Shown: in pieces, positions 31,468 through 41,208 of the stretch
How the letters are laid out: the number at the start of each line of letters is the position of its first letter
How positions within the stretch are numbered: position 1 is the stretch's first letter
Origin: Escherichia phage vB_EcoM_PHB05
Sequence record: NC_052652.1
Length of the DNA stretch: 64,000 bases
Direction: 5' to 3' (one strand)
Notes under the pieces: model-generated
The model's database searches: none
The model's input: only the letters and a program-made list of their open reading frames with translations
Told to the model about the DNA's origin: nothing
Translations under genes and position numbers: made by a program

Positions 31468-31493
31468 AAAGAAAAGGAGCCGTTAGGCTCCTT
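31468..31493 (-). terminator. Stem-loop ggagcc-gtta-ggctcc (near-identical to hairpin at 30308)
   Basis: Perfect 6-bp stem, downstream of minus-strand gene 31516..32463 with T-tract on minus strand. Confidence 0.4.
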
Positions 31494-31515
31494 ATATTCA
31501 CACAATATTTAACTA

Positions 31516-32463
31516 TTAGAAACAGTGCAGGAAGTTTCGACCATATTGCAAACCAATAGGAGCAAACGGGATATCATCATCGAAATCTTGAACAACAGGT
31601 TCTGGTTCTTTCGGTGCTGGCTCTTTCTTCTCTACTTTTTTAGTTTCTTTCTTAACTTCTTGTACTGGGGTAGACATTCCACGGATAGCCGCAGCTACTT
31701 TATCAGACAAAGCAAGAACTTCACGAGCAGCTTCAATAATCTCTTCTGCCGTTACAGTTTTACCTGTATGATCACGACAAGCGTTAAGAATTGCGTGTCC
31801 AACTGAAGCACCAAGATCATAGTCAGTCACATCAACACCACGATCTTTAGCAATTTCAGCTTTCAGAGTAACAGTTGCAGATTGTACCACACCAGCCAAA
31901 TCGAAAGCATCACCTTTCACACCAGCACGTAGAAGCTCCAGAGCGCCGTTTACAGCGTGTCCTGTTTCAATCCCTACGGTATCACGTTTTTTGTAGTTAG
32001 GCTTGTTACCGTCATTATTAGATGGCTTATTTCCACCTTTTGAAGAGGATTGCGCTTGCTGAACACCTTCTGTTGAAAGAATAGTGATTTTACCTTTAGA
32101 GGAGTTGTAGTATGTTTTGCCATTCCATTCAGAAGGTTTAACATCCATAGTTAGTTCTACACCTTTTTCGATAGTAACCCACTTATCACCATCTTTAACT
32201 TGCAGGTTTTCATGTTCTGGGTGCAGTTTAACTTCACCTAAGCTAACCCAAACACCTTTATCATCAGCACCAGCACCTTTCTCTTTAATAAGCAGAGATG
32301 CTTTGTGAGTTGATTCAATTTTCTTATCTGGCTGACCTGCAACCTTAATATAAGAAACTTTCATTTCATCAAACTTATCTAGTTTGACATATTCGACAAT
32401 ACCTTCAGCCCAGAATGCTTCTTTTTTAGTACGACGGTCGATTTCAGAATTAATTACTGGCAT
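31516..32463 (-). CDS. Putative ssDNA-binding-like protein carrying an SSB-type DFDDDIPF tail motif
   Basis: 315 aa; beta-rich N-terminal region, Lys/Pro-rich linker, then DFDDDIPF 15 residues before the C-terminus. Confidence 0.4.
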   Translation of the reverse strand: MPVINSEIDRRTKKEAFWAEGIVEYVKLDKFDEMKVSYIKVAGQPDKKIESTHKASLLIKEKGAGADDKGVWVSLGEVKLHPEHENLQVKDGDKWVTIEKGVELTMDVKPSEWNGKTYYNSSKGKITILSTEGVQQAQSSSKGGNKPSNNDGNKPNYKKRDTVGIETGHAVNGALELLRAGVKGDAFDLAGVVQSATVTLKAEIAKDRGVDVTDYDLGASVGHAILNACRDHTGKTVTAEEIIEAAREVLALSDKVAAAIRGMSTPVQEVKKETKKVEKKEPAPKEPEPVVQDFDDDIPFAPIGLQYGRNFLHCF

Positions 32464-32479
32464 AAATTCTCCTCTATAA

Positions 32480-32878
32480 TTACATTACTTTAACACAAAA
32501 CTCTCGTAAAAGAGTAGCGTCAGTTTCTTCCAACAGGTATTTACCAAGACCAATACCAAATCCTATTTCACCACTTTCAAAATGGAGAATTTGTATCTTT
32601 TCTCCACCAAGGTTAATTACTTTTGCTTTTCCAGGATTGTCCAAAACATCTCGTATTGTGTCCTGTAGTAGCATAAGTTCACGTTTTGTGATAGTGGTTT
32701 CAGATATCTCTTTGTCTTCTACCCGCACTGTTAAACGGTTGTATCCACCAAAGAGACATAGTATTTGAATAAAAAAGGTATTATCTTGAGGTTCAACATC
32801 TTTTTTAGTTAGTTCAAGACGATTAGTTTCTCTACTATAGAACGTCTCGACTAAGATTTTAGAACGATTGTCTGTCAT
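32480..32878 (-). CDS. Hypothetical protein
   Basis: 132-aa ORF. Confidence 0.35.
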   Translation of the reverse strand: MTDNRSKILVETFYSRETNRLELTKKDVEPQDNTFFIQILCLFGGYNRLTVRVEDKEISETTITKRELMLLQDTIRDVLDNPGKAKVINLGGEKIQILHFESGEIGFGIGLGKYLLEETDATLLREFCVKVM

Positions 32879-32921
32879 TCAAGTTCTCATAATAACACAT
32901 AATTGTAAGGTTTGTCAACAC

Positions 32922-33536
32922 TTAAATCTTAAATTCTTCGTTGTTAAACGAATCCAGTGTACGTACTTCTGGTTCTTTGGGAATGAAAACGTCTTTTACA
33001 AAGCGGAACATAGGGAAACGTTCTGCCATTTTACGGACGTGTGCTTCTTTACCTGTGTATCGGTGATTAATAGTGCAAATATTAGTCTTCAATGCAAAGT
33101 CAAAATCTGGATGATATACATAATTTTGACCATCCCAGTAACACAGGCAAATAGCTACGTCAAAGTTCCATACGATTTCACTGCGTACACCCTCTTCCAT
33201 GATCATAAAGTTAAACTTAAGATCTTTATAGTATGCTTCAAATACCCATTTCAAATGTGGTAGTTCGGCATAAGTGTGTTCTGTTTGCTTAGTAAGTTGT
33301 TTAACATTACGTGCACCAACACCCAACATCAAAAATTTCTCTACCAGTACGGTTGTATTGTGGTTAGGCATACGCAAGTAAATGTCAATATCTTGCGCAG
33401 GTGTTTCTAATCGCCAGTCGCGTACAGCGCCGCCAGCTACAATTGCAAACGGATCTACCAGTTGGCACATACGTAATACTTCTAAAGCGCGTACTTTTTG
33501 ATCTTCAATATTCATATTTTCTCCTATCGTGTCCAC
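32922..33536 (-). CDS. Nucleotidyltransferase-fold protein (CCA-enzyme/poly(A) polymerase head-domain-like)
   Basis: Motif FAIVAGGAVRDWRLE...DIDIY matches GGxVRD...DxD signature of class II tRNA nucleotidyltransferase heads. Confidence 0.45.
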   Translation of the reverse strand: MDTIGENMNIEDQKVRALEVLRMCQLVDPFAIVAGGAVRDWRLETPAQDIDIYLRMPNHNTTVLVEKFLMLGVGARNVKQLTKQTEHTYAELPHLKWVFEAYYKDLKFNFMIMEEGVRSEIVWNFDVAICLCYWDGQNYVYHPDFDFALKTNICTINHRYTGKEAHVRKMAERFPMFRFVKDVFIPKEPEVRTLDSFNNEEFKI

Positions 33537-34120
33537 TCTTTATGTTGTTCTACATGCTCAAGCATTTCATTATACAGTGCTTTAAGATGTGGAACAACTC
33601 TTTCATCTTCAGTTTCAAAGAATTTTGTAAGCTGTTCTGCTTTAGCTTTCAACCAGCAAAGATGCGCTTCAATTTCAGTATTAAAACGCCCCAGCGTTTT
33701 CATGCGACCGTCTACTTTTATATTGGCTTTGTATTTATTACGATCTTTTTCGTAACTACAGCCTACCATAGTTCCATGAGATCTTTTACTTACTCTATAA
33801 GCTAAGAACTTATTAAGATCTCCTGTTACTAAAAGACAGGTATCGGGAGAGTAAACCCTCCCTCCTATAATATCTTTATCAAGTTCTAAGTTTTCCCAGT
33901 TTTCCCAAGTTTGCAACCAGGAGTAGAAATTTGAGAACAGTTTCCATTCTTCACAAACCGTCACCCCCTTATAACAAGGATCACGTTCTTGTTGGCAAGG
34001 GGAGTAACACCTCCCCAACATAGCCATCCATTTCATATAATGCGGCGTTAGTTTCTTACTACCAGGTAGCGTACTCTCGCCTTGCAAATCATTAATACCT
34101 TCACCATATACGGTAAGCAT
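33524..34120 (-). CDS. Homing-endonuclease-like protein (AP2-type DNA-binding region)
   Basis: 198 aa; Cys-rich N-terminal half and AP2-like segment YKANIKVDGRMKTLGRFNTEIEAHLCW; freestanding between replication genes. Confidence 0.35.
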   Translation of the reverse strand: MLTVYGEGINDLQGESTLPGSKKLTPHYMKWMAMLGRCYSPCQQERDPCYKGVTVCEEWKLFSNFYSWLQTWENWENLELDKDIIGGRVYSPDTCLLVTGDLNKFLAYRVSKRSHGTMVGCSYEKDRNKYKANIKVDGRMKTLGRFNTEIEAHLCWLKAKAEQLTKFFETEDERVVPHLKALYNEMLEHVEQHKEWTR

Positions 34121-34147
34121 AAAAACTCCTTTAAAATCAAAGAGATG

Positions 34148-36727
34148 TCAGTGACAACTGGCCCATGAGTTACCAACATCGTAACCAGCAGTGAGAGGTA
34201 CATTAAGATTGTAATACTCACCAGCTTTATTAACAGCGATAGATGCTAATTCTCCAGCACGACTGTAGGCTGTAAACCAACCACCTTTCGGAGATTCATG
34301 TACGTTAGCCCAAATCTTGCCAGTACGTTTCTCTTCCTCTTCTTTCCAGGCGTTAACTTTATCCAAACATTCTTTATCAATTTTCTTTTGTTCTTCTGGA
34401 TCATCAACTTGAGTCCAACCTAAAGATTCTTTAGAGAACCATTTAAAATGAACCAGATCACGAGTTACTTCAAGCTGTGCTTCATCGTGATATGCAATCA
34501 TTTGTTGAACGAATGACTTATTTTTCCAGTCATCAACAAAAAAGTCAACAGCTAATCCTTCTTCTTCGATAAGATCGTCGTAGATAACCATTGCTCTTTT
34601 TGCACAAATAACACCACCACTCTGGAACAGAGAGTTAAGTATTGCGTGTGCAGATCGTGTAGGTACTTTCCTACCATCAATACCCAGAATGTATTTCTTA
34701 CCTGTTTTAACCCAGAAATCATGCAGACGTTCTTTAAGAAGTGCAAGAGGTTTTGCAGCTTCCCAGAAAGCATCGTATACAAGCTGTCCTGTATACATAT
34801 CACTACCAATAGTTTTTGCTACTTTTGCAGCTTGAGCACCATAAGTAATACCATACTTAACAGATTTAGCAGGGCTTCGTTCAAACTTACGACCAATAGT
34901 ATCAGAAATACGTCGAGCCATCATTGTATGAACATCATTAGGTTTTTCCAACAACAGAGCATTACAATATTCGTGTGGTTCCTGCTCGTACCGCCAACAG
35001 TAGTGTGATTCTATTTTTGCCTCAAGAGAATCAAAGTCATAACCAATTTGGAAGTATTTTGGAACTTCTACACCAAATAAGTTACGCATTTCATATCCGT
35101 ACAGAGATGTTACACGTGGGATATTTGCTACTAACCTATGTTTCATACGAGACGTAGCTGCATCACACGTTGCAGCAGGAGTTGGTATACGACCATCAGC
35201 CCTTACTGCCGCCAGATAACCTTTATCGTAATCCTCTTCATCTTCTTCCCAATCAGCGCCACCCCCTAGAATAGAGTTTCTACGATGTTTATACGTAAGA
35301 TACTGCACAATCTGCGTAGCATAAGGAAACTTTTCACCTAGTGCTTCCAAGTTAGGACAAATATCCTTCTCTTGCCCTTTTGTAAAGGAAGGGTTAGTAA
35401 GCACTTTAACACCACGACCTTTAGCTTTAGCAATACGATCTCTTAGTTTCCATTCCAAAGTTTCTGGTGTGCACTCCAGATGATCACATCTGTCCTGGCA
35501 GAAGTTAGATGCTAATGTTTGATCAACATAGTCACGAATAGCTTTCTCCATTTGTGCTTCATCTTTCTTAATCTTAGTGCCAGATTTAAGAGTGATATCT
35601 TTATCTTTATATTCAGATGGACTCCAACCTAAACCAACTAACCAATTTTTAATATGTGTAGTGTCGTCTAAAGTAGCAGGCACTGTAGGATCACAAATAG
35701 GTTCTTCTGCTGGAATAGGTAGTTTAAACTCTTTACCTAATGCAAATAACCACCAACCATCTTCTTTTTGTACAAGTTCACCAGAATGTTTCTCTGCAAA
35801 CTTTATCATGTTACTTGAAGGCTCACCATTCTTTTTAAACTGGAGTTTAGGTGGAATGAATGATTTCAAATAACCTTTAGTAGCAGGTTTAGGAGGTAGC
35901 ACAGGTTCTGCCTCTAAACGACATGCTTCCATTCGAGCATCCAGATCACGAATATTATCTTCTGCTTGTTTCATATTGAAAGCAAAGCCACGGTGCTCTT
36001 GACGTGTAATAATATCAGCTACACGTTGTTCTAAGTTAAATGGTTCAGACCACTTATTATAATCACCCCACTCTTCCATCAAATAACGGAACACTGCGGT
36101 GTTAGCTTTGTTATCGTAAATACAGTAATACAGCATATCTGCTGCAAATGTTCTAAATCTTTCAGTTTCAGGAATGTTTTTTCTAAAATCAATTTTAACA
36201 TCCCCTCCAGCTTTCTTAGATAACTCTGCCAGACTATGACCACCGAAGCGATCAGGGTTTAGTGTCTTACTTAAGATCATAGTATCACAAATTTCAATGT
36301 TACTATTACCCCAAGTATTGTACTTAATACTGTAGTTGAGTTTAAAAAATAATTTAATTGCCAGTAAGTCGAAGTTAATGATGTTGTGTCCAACTACTTT
36401 GGTAATTTTATAGTTTGAATTACCTTTAAATTTACCTGTTCCATTTACAAAATCAGGAAAATCTTTAAGAGGGAAATGGGTATATTCTAAATGCTCATAT
36501 TCCTCCAGTCGGTATTCATACTTTCCGTCAGTCTCAATATACGGACGACCATCGAAAAGATATTTATCACCATCATGGAAAGCAATAATCTCTCCAGTAT
36601 CATGACTTTCACACACAATACAGTGCATTGCAAAACTATCTTTTAAACGATATGGACTTGCCAAGTAATCTACACTTTCGTCATTAAGCAAGTTGTTACT
36701 TTCAATGTCGAAAGTAAAAGCTCCCAT
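34148..36727 (-). CDS. DNA polymerase, family A (T7-like), with 3'-5' exonuclease domain
   Basis: 859 aa; N-terminal FDIE exonuclease motif; motif B-like KYGITYG and motif C YHDE. Confidence 0.85.
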   Translation of the reverse strand: MGAFTFDIESNNLLNDESVDYLASPYRLKDSFAMHCIVCESHDTGEIIAFHDGDKYLFDGRPYIETDGKYEYRLEEYEHLEYTHFPLKDFPDFVNGTGKFKGNSNYKITKVVGHNIINFDLLAIKLFFKLNYSIKYNTWGNSNIEICDTMILSKTLNPDRFGGHSLAELSKKAGGDVKIDFRKNIPETERFRTFAADMLYYCIYDNKANTAVFRYLMEEWGDYNKWSEPFNLEQRVADIITRQEHRGFAFNMKQAEDNIRDLDARMEACRLEAEPVLPPKPATKGYLKSFIPPKLQFKKNGEPSSNMIKFAEKHSGELVQKEDGWWLFALGKEFKLPIPAEEPICDPTVPATLDDTTHIKNWLVGLGWSPSEYKDKDITLKSGTKIKKDEAQMEKAIRDYVDQTLASNFCQDRCDHLECTPETLEWKLRDRIAKAKGRGVKVLTNPSFTKGQEKDICPNLEALGEKFPYATQIVQYLTYKHRRNSILGGGADWEEDEEDYDKGYLAAVRADGRIPTPAATCDAATSRMKHRLVANIPRVTSLYGYEMRNLFGVEVPKYFQIGYDFDSLEAKIESHYCWRYEQEPHEYCNALLLEKPNDVHTMMARRISDTIGRKFERSPAKSVKYGITYGAQAAKVAKTIGSDMYTGQLVYDAFWEAAKPLALLKERLHDFWVKTGKKYILGIDGRKVPTRSAHAILNSLFQSGGVICAKRAMVIYDDLIEEEGLAVDFFVDDWKNKSFVQQMIAYHDEAQLEVTRDLVHFKWFSKESLGWTQVDDPEEQKKIDKECLDKVNAWKEEEEKRTGKIWANVHESPKGGWFTAYSRAGELASIAVNKAGEYYNLNVPLTAGYDVGNSWASCH

Positions 36728-36794
36728 TCTCCCTCCTTAAAATATTTCTAAAGTCTTAATTTGTTAATACTGTACCATAAATTAATTGTTTTGT

Positions 36795-36814
36795 AAAGGG
36801 GCTTTCGCCCCTTC
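36795..36814 (-). terminator. Stem-loop aggggc-tttc-gcccct (reverse complement identical to hairpin at 25436)
   Basis: Perfect 6-bp stem between minus-strand genes. Confidence 0.35.
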
Positions 36815-36817
36815 TTG

Positions 36818-37213
36818 TTATTTATTGTCAGCACTTAATTGTACTTTAATAAGGCAATTAGGGACACCATTGGTATTTCTCAAGCCTACACGGTCAATTT
36901 TAACTGTTCCTGTTAAGCCACTAAAAGTGGAAACAATGTTATTAATGTTTTCATCCTTACTAGCGATATCAAGAACAACTTTATCACTAACATTTTTCAG
37001 CATGCGATCTACAAGCTCTCCCACAAAACCACTGGTAGTTTGAATGAGAAGGTATAGGCAACCATCCTCAAACCACAAATGTTCGCCATAAGCATAACCG
37101 TATGGTTCTAACTCCGATCCATCTTGAAATTTAAACTTGGCAATAGTTTTCGTATAATCATACCCTAACGCAGAAGGGGATACCCCATAGAGGATATTTT
37201 CGTTGTCTTTCAT
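36818..37213 (-). CDS. Hypothetical protein
   Basis: ORF 36818..37342 trimmed to Met at 37213, which has AAGGAGAG RBS and removes overlap with primase-helicase. Confidence 0.4.
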   Translation of the reverse strand: MKDNENILYGVSPSALGYDYTKTIAKFKFQDGSELEPYGYAYGEHLWFEDGCLYLLIQTTSGFVGELVDRMLKNVSDKVVLDIASKDENINNIVSTFSGLTGTVKIDRVGLRNTNGVPNCLIKVQLSADNK

Positions 37214-37223
37214 ATTTCTCTCC

Positions 37224-38996
37224 TTAATAAGAACCATCAGGAATATTCTCTGGGTTACTTGTGTATTGATCGTAATCGTGAAGTGTCGCTGTTTTAATCT
37301 CATAGAAGAAACTACCTGCTGCACCAGTCTCTGAGAACTCACGGTTCTTTAGGATGTAGCAATATGTGCGGTTACGTTCCATAGGATCTTCAGCTTGTTT
37401 ATCACGCTCCAGCGCAATTGTGATACCAGCACCTTTAGCAAGGAAGCTACTACCCATTGCATCATCTTCTACAATATGTTCATTACTATTGTTAGAAGAC
37501 TTTTTAACGTGTGAAATTACAACAATGGTAATTGCGTACTCTTTCATAATGCGTTTGAGCCACGTCGCAAGTTCCTCTTGTTGTGACACGTCCATACCAG
37601 AAAGCAAGTCAGAATAAGGGTCGATAACAAGAATGGTTACTCCGAAATAAATAATCATTTCCAGAACCTTCTCTTTAATCACATCTACGTTAGCTCCACG
37701 ATCATCACAAACATAGAAACGTGGTGTTCCATCTTCTCGTTCGTAAAAATCACGAATCTTTTCTTCATTATCTTTTAAAATCTTTTCCTTCTCTTCTTTT
37801 GTTTTACGGTGAAGAGGGATGTGCAAGAATGAAGACAATAAGTTACGAGAATACTTCTTATACGTTGCCTCCAAAGATAAAATACCAAGAGTATGTTCTG
37901 GGTGTGCAAGAATAATGTGCTTTGTAATCTCGTTAACCAACAGTGTTTTACCGATACTTGTTTTTGCAAGTATAACAGTAATTTCTTCTTCTACCAAGCC
38001 TCCACCTAACATATTAGAAGCAACACGCATGAATGGAGGAAGGGTGATCATTTTAGCTTCCAGGCATTCCAAGGCTGCTTCATACAGTACGTTAGAAGCA
38101 TAAACACCAGCAGGTGTGTACAGTTTAGCTTTGAAAAAACGATCAAGAAAGTGATCAATTTTTCCTTCTACTAGTGCCTGGTTAGGATCTTTAACATCCG
38201 TTAGTTCCATCACATAAACTTTATTACGTGGTAAGATTTTAACACATTTCTCAACTGCTGCACGTCCAGCTTCATCATTATCCATACACAGAACAATCTT
38301 TTTAAATTGATCTAAAAATTTATAACGATGTTGAAGCTGCTTATGCAGAGATGTTTCGCCACAAGTACCAGATACTACAGCAGGAACAGGATATTTACCG
38401 CCCTTGTTATAATCTTTTAGCATCTGTGTTGCAGCCAGCATATCGTGTTCACCACCAACGATTAGAATAGTACCGCTGTGGTTACGATATTTAAACTCCC
38501 CAAAAAGATCACAATCCTTTCCTGTTTCACCAATAGGATGTGAAAAATCTTTTGGATCGATACGTTGTTTATACCCAGCAATATTGTAATCTTTAGTTGT
38601 AGGGTATAATGTTGAAATTACTTCGCCAGTAGCTTCATCGTACATATAGCGTACACCGAAAGGTTTAGAGATATCTTCACGAATACCGCGATAACCTTTT
38701 GGATTAGTTCCAGTGCTGGCTTTTAGCTTATCATGTACTTCTGGATTAAACTCACTACCCAAGATATCCTCCTCTTCAATTTCTTCGCCGTGTGCATTTA
38801 ACCATTTTTGATCAGGGATAGTAAAGCCACAAGAAAAACAATGTGCGCCTCGATGGTCTTCATCGGCATCTAAGCCATATACCATCAAATTGTTTTGTGA
38901 TCGATCACGCCCTCCTTTCATACAACGAGGACACCCAGTATGTCCTTCTTGACTTAGGTCAATGTTATACCCATATTTATTTACAACATAAGACAC
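37224..38996 (-). CDS. DNA primase-helicase (T7 gp4-like)
   Basis: 590 aa; N-terminal Cys4 zinc ribbon (CPRC...CFSC), central TOPRIM-like region, C-terminal P-loop helicase region. Confidence 0.8.
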   Translation of the reverse strand: MSYVVNKYGYNIDLSQEGHTGCPRCMKGGRDRSQNNLMVYGLDADEDHRGAHCFSCGFTIPDQKWLNAHGEEIEEEDILGSEFNPEVHDKLKASTGTNPKGYRGIREDISKPFGVRYMYDEATGEVISTLYPTTKDYNIAGYKQRIDPKDFSHPIGETGKDCDLFGEFKYRNHSGTILIVGGEHDMLAATQMLKDYNKGGKYPVPAVVSGTCGETSLHKQLQHRYKFLDQFKKIVLCMDNDEAGRAAVEKCVKILPRNKVYVMELTDVKDPNQALVEGKIDHFLDRFFKAKLYTPAGVYASNVLYEAALECLEAKMITLPPFMRVASNMLGGGLVEEEITVILAKTSIGKTLLVNEITKHIILAHPEHTLGILSLEATYKKYSRNLLSSFLHIPLHRKTKEEKEKILKDNEEKIRDFYEREDGTPRFYVCDDRGANVDVIKEKVLEMIIYFGVTILVIDPYSDLLSGMDVSQQEELATWLKRIMKEYAITIVVISHVKKSSNNSNEHIVEDDAMGSSFLAKGAGITIALERDKQAEDPMERNRTYCYILKNREFSETGAAGSFFYEIKTATLHDYDQYTSNPENIPDGSY

Positions 38997-39008
38997 ATGA
39001 TTCTCCTA

Positions 39009-39278
39009 CTAAAATGATTCGTTTGTCTCCATAATATATTGCATTTCCAAATCTTCCATATGTTTCTTAAATTGGTAAACAATTTCCGATGGGGAAATAT
39101 CTATATCAAAAAGTTCTTTTGTACCAGAATAGAACCTAATACCATCAACAATAAGGCCACCATAATAATCCCAATCACTTTCTCGTGAAAAAGGATTAGG
39201 TTCTTCATAATAGTAATCTACTTCAACAATAATAGGTTCTTTATTATCTTGTTTATACTCAAAATCAAAAGTGTTCAT
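39009..39278 (-). CDS. Hypothetical protein
   Basis: 89-aa ORF. Confidence 0.3.
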   Translation of the reverse strand: MNTFDFEYKQDNKEPIIVEVDYYYEEPNPFSRESDWDYYGGLIVDGIRFYSGTKELFDIDISPSEIVYQFKKHMEDLEMQYIMETNESF

Positions 39279-40222
39279 TATAAATCCTCGATAAGCAGTC
39301 TGCGGGTTTCATTTAAATCATCAATATTGTAGTTATCTCTTACATACTTAGCAAGAGCTAATCCTTTCTCAATACAAACATCAGGAGATTCGATTAAGTA
39401 TTCTACAATATCTTTCCACTCTTTAACTGAATCAGCAAAGAAGATTAGATCTTTAAATTCTTCAGTATAGTAGTTCTCTCGTGGAGAACAAACGAGTGGC
39501 AAACCTTTAGCACCAGCCTCAAGAATTTTTAAATTACTTTTGGCATTATTAAAATGATTATTTACTAATGGAGCTATGGAGATTTGATGACCATCGTATG
39601 CTTCCATATAACACTCATAAGGACGAATACCTTCATAAACACAATCTGGTTGAATCTCTTCTTTAATTTGCAACCATTGAGCACTACTTAACTCTTCGTG
39701 ATCTCTACGAAATCCACATAACGTTAAATCTTTACCAAAAGTAGGAAGAATTGCTAAATCATGTTTATGTGTTTCACTTCCCGCCCAAACCAGTGGGCTT
39801 TTAGAATAACGATCTTTAGTAAGAACAAACTGCCCTTCATCAAAAGGTAGTCCGTTAGGCACAATATGTACATTATCATTGTATTGGCTTAATTCAACCT
39901 TTAATGCTGGAGTTGTTGTAGTTACAAGATCGCTTCTTTCAAGGAACCATTTTAGGTCATCTCGGATTTGATTTTCAAATAATCCTTCCAACATATGCCC
40001 TTCAGGAATAATTAAAGAATCATCCAGATCCATTACCAATTTAAACCCAAGTTGTTTAAGAGCCAGGAAACCTGGCTTTCCACGAGTTGGTACTCCATTG
40101 AACACAAAAATATTATGCTTAGGATTAATGGTCAGTTTGCGTTTATATGGCAAAATGATTCTATGAAAATCACATACACTATACCTTTCATGTCCACGTG
40201 TGTCAAGAATAATATTAGGCAT
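39278..40222 (-). CDS. Glycosyltransferase-like protein (paralog A)
   Basis: 314 aa; shares long motifs with adjacent paralog (IAPLVNNxFNNxKSNLKILEAGAKGLP), reminiscent of GT-B donor-binding region. Confidence 0.4.
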   Translation of the reverse strand: MPNIILDTRGHERYSVCDFHRIILPYKRKLTINPKHNIFVFNGVPTRGKPGFLALKQLGFKLVMDLDDSLIIPEGHMLEGLFENQIRDDLKWFLERSDLVTTTTPALKVELSQYNDNVHIVPNGLPFDEGQFVLTKDRYSKSPLVWAGSETHKHDLAILPTFGKDLTLCGFRRDHEELSSAQWLQIKEEIQPDCVYEGIRPYECYMEAYDGHQISIAPLVNNHFNNAKSNLKILEAGAKGLPLVCSPRENYYTEEFKDLIFFADSVKEWKDIVEYLIESPDVCIEKGLALAKYVRDNYNIDDLNETRRLLIEDL

Positions 40223-40233
40223 ATGGCTCCTTG

Positions 40234-41208
40234 TTAAAGACTTTCAATAACTTGACGACGCAGTTCATTGGCATCTGCAAGATTATAATTAAGACGAACG
40301 TGTTCTGCAAGCATCATACCACGATCTTCTGTGTATCTAGGGTTCCTCATTAGCTTGACAACTTCATAATGCCAAGATGCTTTAGAATCTGCATAGATAA
40401 CAGCCTTTGCATCTACCGGATTGAAGTACGGCAGCACAGGAGAACAGATAATAGGAAGACCCTTTGCACCTGCTTCCAAAATCTTCAAATTGCTTTTACA
40501 GTTGTTGAAGTCATTATCTACCAGAGGAGCAATTGCAATACTGTGACCGTCATACACAGACATATACTCACCTAAATTTTTAATAGCTGGTTTATACTGT
40601 GCATTTGGAATTTTACGTTTTACTTTAACCCACTCCGCAGTAGTTAGATACTGACTATTATTTCCAACAGGTGCAGAAGGATACACTTCATACCCTGCAA
40701 TTGTCAATAGTGTATCATCAAATGTATTAGCTACAAGAGATAAATCAGGTTCATGGCTTGCTCCTCCAGCCCAAATAATAGGCGTGTCAGAATAACGGTC
40801 TTTTGTCAAAGTAAATTGACCTTCATCGTAAGGTAGTGCGTTTCTAATAACGACAACATTACGATTTAAATGACGAATTTTGTAAGCCAGGTATTCTGTT
40901 GTTACAGTAACAACATCTGCTAACTTAATCATCTCTACAATAGTCTTTGAGTGATTAGTAAATACGCCAGCCATATAATGTTCAGGATTAAGCGAATAAA
41001 AGTCATCTAAATCAACAATAATCTTAACACCTTGTGCCTTCAGGCGTTTAACTTCGTCTGATCCACGAGAATACACTCTATTAAAAACTAAAACGTCTTT
41101 CTTAGGCTTAAACGTATTTCCCGCAAATGGCATTACAATACGATGGTAATCACAACCACTGCCTAACTTATTATCACACTTAAGTACAGGAGTATTAGGA
41201 TTTACCAT
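40234..41208 (-). CDS. Glycosyltransferase-like protein (paralog B)
   Basis: Start set to Met at 41208 (GAGGAGG RBS); aligns with start of paralog A. Confidence 0.4.
   Translation of the reverse strand: MVNPNTPVLKCDNKLGSGCDYHRIVMPFAGNTFKPKKDVLVFNRVYSRGSDEVKRLKAQGVKIIVDLDDFYSLNPEHYMAGVFTNHSKTIVEMIKLADVVTVTTEYLAYKIRHLNRNVVVIRNALPYDEGQFTLTKDRYSDTPIIWAGGASHEPDLSLVANTFDDTLLTIAGYEVYPSAPVGNNSQYLTTAEWVKVKRKIPNAQYKPAIKNLGEYMSVYDGHSIAIAPLVDNDFNNCKSNLKILEAGAKGLPIICSPVLPYFNPVDAKAVIYADSKASWHYEVVKLMRNPRYTEDRGMMLAEHVRLNYNLADANELRRQVIESL

Noticed and set aside
34148-36727. Possible intein or split in the DNA polymerase gene
   Set aside because: The 859-aa ORF is continuous with exonuclease and polymerase motifs in the normal order and no Cys...His-Asn boundary pair flanking an insertion was seen.
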